A DNA stretch of 60,249 bases, filler included. It is 7 parts of 7 records of this genome, joined end to end, with 100 filler letters (N's around TTAATTAATTAA, not from the genome) between each part and the next. Parts side by side here need not be neighbours in the genome. Positions count along the whole stretch, not along the records: positions 35,349 to 41,674 come from SRR31156797_19532; positions 41,775 to 54,483 come from SRR31156797_19535; 5 more parts are not named here. One strand, given 5' to 3'. The first letter of the stretch is position 1; the number at the start of each line of letters is the position of its first letter. A program made the position numbers and the translations under genes. The notes under the pieces are model-generated. The model made no database searches and had not been told where the DNA came from. It worked only from the letters and a program-made list of their open reading frames with translations. Below are positions 36,974-46,439 of this stretch, in pieces.

Positions 36974-39343
36974 ATGGATTCGTTTACAGCAATTACTCTA
37001 GCGGTTTTTTTGCCATTTGTTTTGGCCGGTATATTGCCTGCCGTGGAAAAACTTCTAAAGGATAAAATAGGTTGGTACGCTTCCGCAGTTGCATTCCTGA
37101 GTTTATTACTGGTTGCTCAGGCGGCACCGGAGATCATACATGGGGAGACCATTCAGAGATCTATAGAATGGATTCCTTCAGTGGGCATAGATTTCTCTTT
37201 CTATATTGATGGCCTGAGCGTCATGTTCGGTTTCATCGTATCCGGTATTGGTGTTATCATCATGTCATACTCCAACGGGTACATGTCAAAGAAAGAAGAT
37301 CTTCCACGATATTACCAGCAACTCCTCTTCTTCATGGGTTCAATGCTTGGTATGGTATTCTCTGCCAACACGATCCAGCTGTTCATTTTCTGGGAACTCA
37401 CCAGTGTTACATCATTTATGCTTATCGGATACTGGCGTAACAGGCCAATGTCAGTATACGGTGCAACAAAATCAATGCTTATCACAGCAACAGGTGGTCT
37501 GTTCATGCTTGCCGGTTTCCTTGTGTTACATGCGATTACCGGTACATTCGACATTCCTACTATCATGCATAGCGAATCCATAAAGGAAATTTTACACGGG
37601 CATGACCTTTTCCTGGCTGCACTCATTCTCATATTCATAGGGGCTGCTTCAAAATCAGCACAGGGTCCCTTCTACATATGGCTTCCAAACGCAATGGAAG
37701 CACCAACGCCTGTCAGTGCCTTTTTGCACTCAGCAACAATGGTCAAAGCAGGTATCTATCTTGTTGCAAGAATACATCCGATATTCTCAGGTACTGAAGC
37801 CTGGTTCATCATGGTAAGCGGTATTGGCATATTCACAATGCTTCTGGCAGGTTTCCTTGCTTTCAGGCAGACCGACATAAAAGGAATACTCGCATATTCC
37901 ACCATCAGTCAGCTTGCCTATCTCATGACGATGTACGGTTACACCACTCACCACCATCCGGGTATCGGTGTGGCTGCTGCAACTTTCCATCTTCTTAACC
38001 ACGCAACATTCAAGGCATGTCTTTTCCTTGTAGCCGGTATAGTGGCCCATGAGACTGCCACAAGGGATATCACGAAGATGGGTGGTTTACGGAAGGAGAT
38101 GCCGATCACCTTCATTGTAGCTAGCATCGGAGCTCTCTCCATGGCGGGAATACCGCCTCTGAACGGTTTCCTCAGTAAGGAAATGTTCTACGAGTCCTCC
38201 GTTGAAATGGGTCACCTTCTTGGCGGACCATGGAGCGTACTCATCCCGGCACTTGCAGTGCTTGGTGGTGTCTTCACATTCGCTTATTCAATTAAACTGA
38301 TAGACGGCATATTCCTTGGTAAGAGGCCATCAAAGGGATTGCCTGATCACATACACGATCCATCAATGATCATGCTCGCACCTGCGATCTTTTTGGCAGG
38401 TCTCATTATACTATTCGGACTTGTACCTTCAATTCCGGTACATTATTTTGTCGGGCCTACAGTTTCCGGCATACTTCTCGAAGAAGCTCATCTTCATGTT
38501 AAGTTGTGGCACGGAATTACCCCTTCACTTATTATGACAATAGTCACTTTCGCACTGGGTATCCTTACATACACACAGTACAGTAAGATAGCAAACTGGC
38601 AGGACAGGTTCAATGCAAAGTTCCCATGGATCAGTGTCAATTACTACTACGATGCAGCTGTGGAGAATGCAAAGAATGTAACATCCAAATTCTCTAACAG
38701 GATGCAGCCCGGGCCGATAAAGACCTACGTGGTCGCACTTCTGCTTCTGTTCATTGCAATGTTTGCAATACCTGCTGCATTGCTGGCAACGACTCTTGTT
38801 CCTCAGAACCTCAACTTCGACATTCCGTTGTATGAATCCCTAATATTTTTATTCATGGTGGTTTCAGCACTCGGAGCAGCATTGTTACCAAGATACATAC
38901 CTGCGATAATAGCCCTTTCAGGACTTGGCTATCTGGTAGCCCTCTTGTTTATATACCTGCAGGCACCGGACCTGGCATTAACACAGGTTCTGGTTGAGAC
39001 TCTTTCAACTATAATCTTCCTGCTGGCTATAGTGAAGATCCCACAAAAGTTCAGGGAACATATCCCGAAGACAACTCTTGTCAGGGACCTTCTGATATCA
39101 GTAACAATAGCCTCAATAGTATTCATTATGCTTATCAATGCAACACAGGGAATAGTCCCTCCATTCGAGTCACTCTCACATTACTTCATTGAGAAGAGTC
39201 TTCCACTTGCAGGAGGTCACAACATTGTGAATGTGATTATTGTGGACTTCAGGGGATACGATACGCTTGGTGAGATATCGGTCCTCTGTCTTGCAGCATT
39301 CGGTGTTTACAACCTTATTCACAGCAGAGGTGATGATCAGTGA
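36974..39343 (+). CDS. mrpA: Mrp/Mnh Na+/H+ antiporter subunit A
   Basis: FWELTSVTS, KSAQGPFYIWLP.AMEAPTPVSAFLHSATMVKAG, C-terminal DFRGYDTLGE. Confidence 0.95.
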   Translation: MDSFTAITLAVFLPFVLAGILPAVEKLLKDKIGWYASAVAFLSLLLVAQAAPEIIHGETIQRSIEWIPSVGIDFSFYIDGLSVMFGFIVSGIGVIIMSYSNGYMSKKEDLPRYYQQLLFFMGSMLGMVFSANTIQLFIFWELTSVTSFMLIGYWRNRPMSVYGATKSMLITATGGLFMLAGFLVLHAITGTFDIPTIMHSESIKEILHGHDLFLAALILIFIGAASKSAQGPFYIWLPNAMEAPTPVSAFLHSATMVKAGIYLVARIHPIFSGTEAWFIMVSGIGIFTMLLAGFLAFRQTDIKGILAYSTISQLAYLMTMYGYTTHHHPGIGVAAATFHLLNHATFKACLFLVAGIVAHETATRDITKMGGLRKEMPITFIVASIGALSMAGIPPLNGFLSKEMFYESSVEMGHLLGGPWSVLIPALAVLGGVFTFAYSIKLIDGIFLGKRPSKGLPDHIHDPSMIMLAPAIFLAGLIILFGLVPSIPVHYFVGPTVSGILLEEAHLHVKLWHGITPSLIMTIVTFALGILTYTQYSKIANWQDRFNAKFPWISVNYYYDAAVENAKNVTSKFSNRMQPGPIKTYVVALLLLFIAMFAIPAALLATTLVPQNLNFDIPLYESLIFLFMVVSALGAALLPRYIPAIIALSGLGYLVALLFIYLQAPDLALTQVLVETLSTIIFLLAIVKIPQKFREHIPKTTLVRDLLISVTIASIVFIMLINATQGIVPPFESLSHYFIEKSLPLAGGHNIVNVIIVDFRGYDTLGEISVLCLAAFGVYNLIHSRGDDQ

Positions 39344-39756
39344 CAACCTTGATAACAAAAACAATAACAAAGATATGTTTGCCTTTGGTCATCCTCTTTT
39401 CAATATCCCTATTACTTGCGGGACATAACAACCCCGGAGGAGGATTCATAGGTGGTGTCATGTTCGCGTCGGTGATAGCACTGACATACGTGGCATATGG
39501 TCTGGACTTTATCAAATCTTTCTTCAACCCGGACTGGGCCAATTGGTTTGGCTTCGGCCTGCTGCTGGCCTCAGTAACGGCCTTTGCAGCCATGGCCTTT
39601 TCACATAACTTCTTCAGGAGTGCAGTTGAATTTGTTCACTTGCCATTCTTCGGAGAGATCGAACTGGTATCGGCAGGATTGTTCGATATCGGTGTTTACT
39701 TTGTGGTGATCGGCGGACTTCTGTCCATTTTCAAAAACGTAGGTGATGACAAATGA
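39340..39756 (+). CDS. mrpB: Mrp antiporter subunit B
   Basis: GHNNPGGGFIGG, FDIGVY. Confidence 0.93.
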   Translation: MTTLITKTITKICLPLVILFSISLLLAGHNNPGGGFIGGVMFASVIALTYVAYGLDFIKSFFNPDWANWFGFGLLLASVTAFAAMAFSHNFFRSAVEFVHLPFFGEIELVSAGLFDIGVYFVVIGGLLSIFKNVGDDK

Positions 39757-40178
39757 ACAGTACACTGCTTTCTCTTACAATTGCAATACTCTTCGGTATC
39801 GGTACATTCCTTATCCTTCGCCGTGACATCGTCAGGGTGATCATAGGACTTGGTATAATGTCTCATGCGGTCAACCTGCTAATCGTTTCAACAGGTGTGT
39901 TCGAAGGAAAGGTCCCTATCATCGTAGATGATGGTGGACATGGTGCAGCTGAAGCAACCGGCACGATCTTTACAGATTCCCTGTCACAGGGAATACTTGC
40001 ACCTATAGTTGAAGCCAGTAATCATGTGCAATATGTTGACCCGCTGGTACAGGCTCTTGTACTGACAGCTATTGTTATCAGTCTGGCAACAACAGCATTC
40101 ATACTGATCCTTGCTTATCGTATCTACGAGGAGTATGGAACAACTGACATAAGGGAACTCAGGAGGCTCTGGGGATGA
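39753..40178 (+). CDS. mrpC: Mrp antiporter subunit C
   Basis: SHAVNL, DPLVQALVLTAIVIS. Confidence 0.93.
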   Translation: MNSTLLSLTIAILFGIGTFLILRRDIVRVIIGLGIMSHAVNLLIVSTGVFEGKVPIIVDDGGHGAAEATGTIFTDSLSQGILAPIVEASNHVQYVDPLVQALVLTAIVISLATTAFILILAYRIYEEYGTTDIRELRRLWG

Positions 40179-41674
40179 TCGCACTGGAAAATCACCTGCC
40201 CATCATACTGATAGCAACCCCGATACTCATGGCATCCCTCATGGTGCTTTTAAGAAAGTACCCCTCTGTACAGAAAGCTTTGAGTGTTTCCGTATCTTTC
40301 ATACTGGCAATGCTGAGTGTACTCCTTCTCCTGCAGGTCTGGTCAGGAGGCATACAGGCCTATGAGGTAGGAGAATGGGGTAAATACGGTATCATACTGG
40401 TTGCTGACCTGCTCAGTTCAGGAATGGTTGTACTCACATCATTCGTGTCGTTCCTGGCACTTATCTATTCACTTGATTACATAGAAGAGAGGTCACTGAG
40501 CGCATCCTACTATCCACTCTTCAGTCTGCTTGTGGCAGGACTAAACGGTTCTTTCCTCACAGGGGATATATTCAATCTCTTCGTATTCTTTGAGATTCTC
40601 CTGCTCTCATCATGTGCACTTGTAGTTGCCAATGAGAAAGGAGGAGTTACAAAGGCTTCCGACAAGATGGAAGCTACTTTCAAATATCTTGTACTGAACA
40701 TGGTAAGTTCTATTATCATGCTCATTGCAGTAGCTTCGCTTTACGCCACGACAGGTACACTGAACATGGCAGATATCTCTGTGAAGCTCAGCGCAATGAG
40801 TGCAGCAGGAACGCTTCCATGGCATGTGTTCGCAATAGCCCTGATGTTCGTTGTGGTATTCGGTAACAAGGCTGCAATATTCCCACTTCACTACTGGCTT
40901 CCTGATGTGCACCCCACTGCACCATCACCCATAAGTGCAATGCTTAGTGGTGTTTTGATAAAGGTTGGAGCCTACGGAATGCTCAGGGTGTTCTTCCTGA
41001 TATTCATTGATACGCTCTATATATTCAAACCTGTGATCATTTATCTCGCACTGGCCACAATCGTTGTTGGAGCAATATCGGCTGTTGCACAGACCGATGT
41101 AAAACGCCTGCTTGCATACTCCAGTGTTAGCCAGATAGGTTATGTATTCCTCGGAATTGGCTTTGGCAGTGTATATGGTCTCACAGCTGCACTTGTATAT
41201 CTTGTAAACCATGCAATCGCAAAGTCAATGCTTTTCCTGACCTCAGGTGGTATCATACACCACGCAGGTACCAGAGACATGAGAAAGATGGGTGGTATGG
41301 TGGATAGTGCACCATTCATGTCATTGGTCTTCCTTGCGGGTGCAATGTCCATTGCAGGACTGCCGCCTACAGGAGGATTCATAGCCAAGTTCCAGCTCTT
41401 TGATGCAGGTATTGGTGAGGGCTACTACTTTGCCATAGTCGTTGCACTTATCTTTGCGATCTTCACCCTGTTCTACATGTTCAGGGCAATGCTGCTGATG
41501 TTCTGGGGTGAGAAAAGGGATGTTGCAGAGCACGGGGAATATTCCTCACATGGCACATCTCTGATGATGGCAGTTCCGATAGTGATCCTTGCACTGATGA
41601 TATTTGCATTCGGCCTGTACGCAGAACCGCTGATTGCCCTTGCAGAAGCAACGGCAAACCAGATACTTGATCCG
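40175..41674 (+). CDS. mrpD: Mrp antiporter subunit D, 3'-truncated
   Basis: TGDIFNLFVFFEI, KAAIFPLHYWLP, KRLLAYSSVSQIGY. Confidence 0.93.
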
Positions 41675-41774
41675 NNNNNNNNNNNNNNNNNNNNNNNNNN
41701 NNNNNNNNNNNNNNNNNNTTAATTAATTAANNNNNNNNNNNNNNNNNNNNNNNNNNNNNNNNNNNNNNNNNNNN
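41675..41774. other. Artificial contig linker
   Basis: N44-TTAATTAATTAA-N44. Confidence 0.98.
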
Positions 41775-41951
41775 CTGCGCCTCGATCTGCGAAAAACTTC
41801 ACTGCTGAGAAATTCGGGTTTGAGCCAATGCTGTTTGACCAGATTACAGCACACTGTATTTAGGTTTGGGGAGGTGAAACAGGTACTACCTGTATTAAAG
41901 GCTACTCTTCCTCCACGACAGTACCGGCATGATTACGAGTTGATATTTATC

Positions 41952-42716
41952 CTACTTCTTCATTAAAGCTTGCAGACTCTTATGCACATTTGTATCAACT
42001 TTTTTGAGAAATACGTCCCATTTGTCGCCATACTTATAAAACGCCATGGAGGCAATTTTTTTCGTCAGGATCGCATCACGATAGGATAAGAGGTCCTGAT
42101 TACCGAGAATGTCCATGATGGTTTCAACGCCAATTTTTTCAACAAGGACAGGTGGGGGATATTCCTTCAAAACAAATCCCATGAGGCCGCTATCTGCAGT
42201 TAACAGATCAATGTCTTACTCGAGCCTGTCTTGGAGTTTGAAAATTGCCTCACTCGATCGCCCGGATAAATCAAACAAAGGAATTTCAGGTGATAGTTCG
42301 TGAAGTTTGAGCAACATTTCTGTCTCCTGCGAAGCATAACGTTCCACAAGAATCATAACATCCCTGATTAATCCCCATTTTGTCTCTACATCTCCCTCAA
42401 GATATTGCTCGTATTTATCTCCAAAAAGAAAGGCGGTAAGTACCTCAGCTATTGAACTGGAGAAAACACCACCTTTGTTAGCGCTACTGTCCTTAACTTG
42501 TTTAATGTCGGTTTCAGTGGCTATATATCGCCTGGCACTATCATCAAAAAGCACATTAGCGCCTTCAACGATGAATTTTAATTCTGCAAAATTGTCAACA
42601 AACTGTTTCACATCAGCTCCACTGGTTGGCTGAGAGAAACCCATTGAAGAAATGTCGTCAAACGCTATATCTTTATCCTGGATCTGTGACTCCTGAAAGA
42701 GATTGCGCGCCAACAA
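41952..42716 (-). pseudogene. C-terminal remnant of a large NAD-dependent glutamate dehydrogenase
   Basis: FIVEGAN, KDSSANKGGVFSSS; in-frame TAA at 42216-42218 with the frame continuing to 41952; catalytic N-terminal part absent. Confidence 0.75.
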
Positions 42717-42891
42717 TTAACTGACCGTTCAGTTTATTCTCTGATAAACAAATATTTTTTGATACATGCTGCGGGGCTACATAGCCTCACAAGATGAAGT
42801 TGTTATCCAACTTCCCCAGAATGCCTGGTGGGCAAAAAGTCCAACCAGGCATTTTACAAAAAAGCATTCCCTGTTTGTTGGGGTAAGCTAT

Positions 42892-44664
42892 CTACCTGTC
42901 TTCAAAAGGAACTCCATTACTTCCCCAGCCTCTGCAATGATAGTAATCCTGCAGCATATAGTCCATTTCAGCTTCAGTAAGTAAGCCACCTTCGGGGAGA
43001 GCCTCTTTATACATTCGATCAGGTAAGCGGTCATGCTGGCCACTCAGCCCTTCCTGAATGTTAAAAAGCCTCGTCATAGTGGTGATGTGTGACGCTGTCT
43101 TTCGTAAATTTTCGACCGTCATCTCTTGGCCTGTAACAAGTTGCATTGATTTTTGCAGCTCTTCCCAGGTATAGAGATCTCGATAGAATCTACAGAGGGT
43201 CAGGGTGTCAAAAATGTTTAGCCGGTCCTCGTAATCAACTAGCATTTCGGCCTTATCTTTGATTTGCTCAGGGGGAATCAAGCCAGATAATTCCGGCTTA
43301 TAAAACGTAGTTCGAAGGTGGCAGGCACCACGGGGAGCTGTTCCAAACGTAAGCCCCATCCCCTTGAGGGTACGAGGATCATACCCTGCTGGTTCCAAAC
43401 CTTTCACATGAATGGCAAGATCTTCCAGGCCCCACTTTTCAGAAGCTGGGATAATACCGTCGGCAAGAATATCCCCAATATCGGTACGTGTGCCAATTTT
43501 TTCTATAAGATCAATAACCTGGTCAACATTCCCATACTCAATATCATAATCCAATCGCCCTTGCTCTTTTGCTTCCATAACCAAAGCACACAGGTTACCG
43601 GCAGTAATGGTATCCATACCGAGTCGGTCACAAAGATCATTGAGGTAAGCAACTTCCTCCATCTCTTTGATCATGCATAACCCACCGAAAGAGTAGATGG
43701 TTTCGTACTCCGGACCTTCGAGTTTGAGATCTTTATGACGACCTTTTTTCAACTTTGCCAAGCGGCCACAGGCCATGAAGCATTTGGCACATGCATGGGG
43801 TTTAACATCGTGTTCTTCGTGATATTTTTCTCCGCTTATACTTTCCGCATGTTCGCATGTGCCTTGACGCCAATACTTGGCAGGAAAAGCTTTTGCATGG
43901 TTCATGAGGTTGACCATCATGGTTGTACCCATTTTTCGATACGCCTTAACGCCAGGGTTCTGCATGTTGGCTTTTGAGAATGCCTTAGCATAATCCGCTA
44001 CGCCATCTGGATCTGCATATTCTCGTTTTTTATCACCCTGGAAAACGAGCCCCTTAACAAGCTTTGCCCCAAGCACTGTCCCGACCCCGGTCCTTCCTGC
44101 ACATCTCCATTTATCGTTGGCAATAATGGCGAACTTGACGAGCTTTTCTCCAGCTGGCCCGATGACTATCGCTCCTGGCTTCCGGTACCCTTCTTTCTTG
44201 ATGGCAAAAAGTTCTACTGCGCGCTCCTCTGCAGTAAATGTCTCCATCCCCCACAGTTCTCCGGCATCGTGGAACTCAACCCCTTCCGGGTGTACTGAAA
44301 GCACTGTCGGCTGCGGGGATTTCCCGGTTACAACGATCGCATCAAAACCTGCAGAATCAATGGCTTCGGGGACTCTTCCGCCAGAATAGGATTCTGAATA
44401 AAACCCAGTGAGTGGTGATTTGGTATAAACCCCGTAGCGACTCCCCCCCCATAACCTGCCTCCGCAAAAAGGTCCGGTGGCGATGATAAAATGATTTTCA
44501 GGTGCCAGCGGATCCACACCAGGAGGATTTTTGTCCAACAGGAGACGAGTGGCCAGCCCTTTCCCGCCAAGACATTCACCAAGCATTTCATCAGAAATGT
44601 CTTCAATATAAAAACTCTTGGCACTTAAATTTATTGTCAGGACGCGCTTGTAAAAACCATGCAT
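42892..44664 (-). CDS. aor: Aldehyde:ferredoxin oxidoreductase (W/Mo-bis-pterin AOR family)
   Basis: KSPLTG..ESYSGG, IGPAGE, CAKCFMAC, EGPEYET, LGMDTI, RGACH; start MHGFYK at 44664. Confidence 0.92.
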   Translation of the reverse strand: MHGFYKRVLTINLSAKSFYIEDISDEMLGECLGGKGLATRLLLDKNPPGVDPLAPENHFIIATGPFCGGRLWGGSRYGVYTKSPLTGFYSESYSGGRVPEAIDSAGFDAIVVTGKSPQPTVLSVHPEGVEFHDAGELWGMETFTAEERAVELFAIKKEGYRKPGAIVIGPAGEKLVKFAIIANDKWRCAGRTGVGTVLGAKLVKGLVFQGDKKREYADPDGVADYAKAFSKANMQNPGVKAYRKMGTTMMVNLMNHAKAFPAKYWRQGTCEHAESISGEKYHEEHDVKPHACAKCFMACGRLAKLKKGRHKDLKLEGPEYETIYSFGGLCMIKEMEEVAYLNDLCDRLGMDTITAGNLCALVMEAKEQGRLDYDIEYGNVDQVIDLIEKIGTRTDIGDILADGIIPASEKWGLEDLAIHVKGLEPAGYDPRTLKGMGLTFGTAPRGACHLRTTFYKPELSGLIPPEQIKDKAEMLVDYEDRLNIFDTLTLCRFYRDLYTWEELQKSMQLVTGQEMTVENLRKTASHITTMTRLFNIQEGLSGQHDRLPDRMYKEALPEGGLLTEAEMDYMLQDYYHCRGWGSNGVPFEDR

Positions 44665-44795
44665 AAATAAATCCCCTGCTGGTAAAATAAAATCTATAAA
44701 AAACAATCTATTAATATTCGTTGGACAGTTGCCTGCTCAAGGCCCCTCACTTGTTAAGTGATAACAAAAGGGGCACTCAGCACTATTTGTTTCGC

Positions 44796-46106
44796 TTATT
44801 GCCTGATGGCAGCAAAACCTTCATCGATAATATCGAGCCCTTTCTGCAGCTGCTCATCCGTTACAACAAGCGGCATAAGAAAACGAAGAATATTCCCATA
44901 CGTCCCACACGCCAGGATAATCAGCCCTCGCTCAAAACAGTAATCGACCAACGCTTTTGTCTCTTCTGGGGCCGGCGTCTTGGCATGTCTATCTTTAACA
45001 AGTTCTATGGCTATCATTGGACCAAGGCCACGAACATCACCGATAATGTCATACTTCTGCTTGAACCCGAGAAAGGTATTTTTCAGTGTTTCTCCAAGTT
45101 TTTCTGCTTTCTGCAAAAGATACTCAGATTCAAAAATATCAAAAACTGCTAGAGCAGCCTCGCAAGCAAGCGGATTACCGCCGTAAGTACCGCCTATTCC
45201 ACCGGCATGGACAGCATCCATGATCTCTTTTTTGCCAGCCACAGCACTGAGCGGCATTCCAGCTGCAAGGCTTTTGGCCACAGTAGTTAAATCTGCCTCC
45301 ACCCCGTAATATTCCATCGCAAACATGTATCCTGTTCTGCCGATACCTGATTGAATTTCATCTGCAATCAGCAGGATGTTATTTTCTTCACAAATTGTTT
45401 TAAGCTTCTGAAAATATTCTTTAGGAGGGGCAACAAATCCACCTTCCCCTTGAATCGGCTCAACGATTATGGCTGCAGTCTGCTCTGCAGGCACATGATT
45501 GACAAAGAAATATTCCAAATGGTCGGCACAGGCAACTTCACAACTGGGGTATTCTTTATTAAAAGGACAGCGGTAGCAATTGGCGTAAGGCATTCGGTAC
45601 ACTTCAGGAGCATATGGCCCCATACCGAATTTATAGGGCTTTGCTTTGGAGGTCAGGGTCATTCCCATTAAAGTCCGACCATGAAAACCACCGTCAAAAG
45701 CAATAATTCCTTGCTTCTGCGTATGATAACGAGCTATTTTGACGGCATTTTCTACTGCTTCCACACCACTGTTTGCAAACATTGCAGCTTTAGGAGAATC
45801 ACCGGGAAGAGCCTTGCACAGTTTTTCTGCAAGAAGTACTGCCGATTCATATGGAGAAACCATGAAACAGGTATGAGTAAATTTCTCAGCCTGGTCTTTA
45901 ATGGCCTTTACCACCTTGGGGTGGGAATGGCCGACGTTCATGACAGCAATACCTCCTGCAAAATCAAGGTACTCGTTACCTTCTACATCAAAGAGAAGGG
46001 CACCCTCTCCCCGATCAATATAGCTGGGAGTGCTGCTGCCTATTCCTTTAGCAATATATTTTTTGCGCAGATTCTGTAGAGAATCGTTTGTTTTAGATGT
46101 TTCCAT
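44796..46106 (-). CDS. gabT: 4-aminobutyrate/5-aminovalerate aminotransferase (class III PLP)
   Basis: DFAGGIAV.NVGH, NSGVEAVENAVK, FHGRT, EPIQGEGG, DEIQSG.GRTG, AKSLAAG; GAGG RBS before ATG 46106. Confidence 0.92.
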   Translation of the reverse strand: METSKTNDSLQNLRKKYIAKGIGSSTPSYIDRGEGALLFDVEGNEYLDFAGGIAVMNVGHSHPKVVKAIKDQAEKFTHTCFMVSPYESAVLLAEKLCKALPGDSPKAAMFANSGVEAVENAVKIARYHTQKQGIIAFDGGFHGRTLMGMTLTSKAKPYKFGMGPYAPEVYRMPYANCYRCPFNKEYPSCEVACADHLEYFFVNHVPAEQTAAIIVEPIQGEGGFVAPPKEYFQKLKTICEENNILLIADEIQSGIGRTGYMFAMEYYGVEADLTTVAKSLAAGMPLSAVAGKKEIMDAVHAGGIGGTYGGNPLACEAALAVFDIFESEYLLQKAEKLGETLKNTFLGFKQKYDIIGDVRGLGPMIAIELVKDRHAKTPAPEETKALVDYCFERGLIILACGTYGNILRFLMPLVVTDEQLQKGLDIIDEGFAAIRQ

Positions 46107-46153
46107 ATAGTCCTCAAAATTTGCATTAAAAAAAGTAACAACTTTTTCTATAT

Positions 46154-46169
46154 TGCAAAACACAGACCA
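46154..46169 (-). promoter_or_regulatory. Sigma54 (-24/-12) promoter of gabT-aor
   Basis: Minus strand TGGTCTGTGTTTTGCA with exact GG-N10-GC spacing, next to a sigma54 activator gene. Confidence 0.7.
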
Positions 46170-46244
46170 CACAAACAATTTAAGCTCGATCAGCTTACAG
46201 CAACGTAAAAGGTGAGAAACGGCAACTTCAACGGCTCCAATATC

Positions 46245-46397
46245 GATCCAAATACAAATCAAAAAAGTCACTTAAATCAAAAAACACTAACAAAAACAAA
46301 CAACTGGACTAAGATTCAAAAACGAATCAAGAACTGCGCCGCAACTAAACTCTCAATTTCAAAGAGTTGCCGACACCTGTTGATTCATTTACAAATC
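46245..46397. promoter_or_regulatory. Three repeated palindromic sites, candidate enhancer (UAS) for the adjacent activator
   Basis: GATCC-N6-AAATC (46245), GATTC-N6-GAATC (46313), GATTC-N6-AAATC (46382); spacing 68 and 69 bp. Confidence 0.6.
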
Positions 46398-46439
46398 AAA
46401 ATTACCGTCTTTCCCCGCAGCCCAACGCCAGCATCTTTA

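Noticed and set aside
42216-42218. Possible recoding (Sec/Pyl) in the GDH remnant
   Set aside because: The stop is TAA, not TGA/TAG, and the gene also lacks its N-terminal part.
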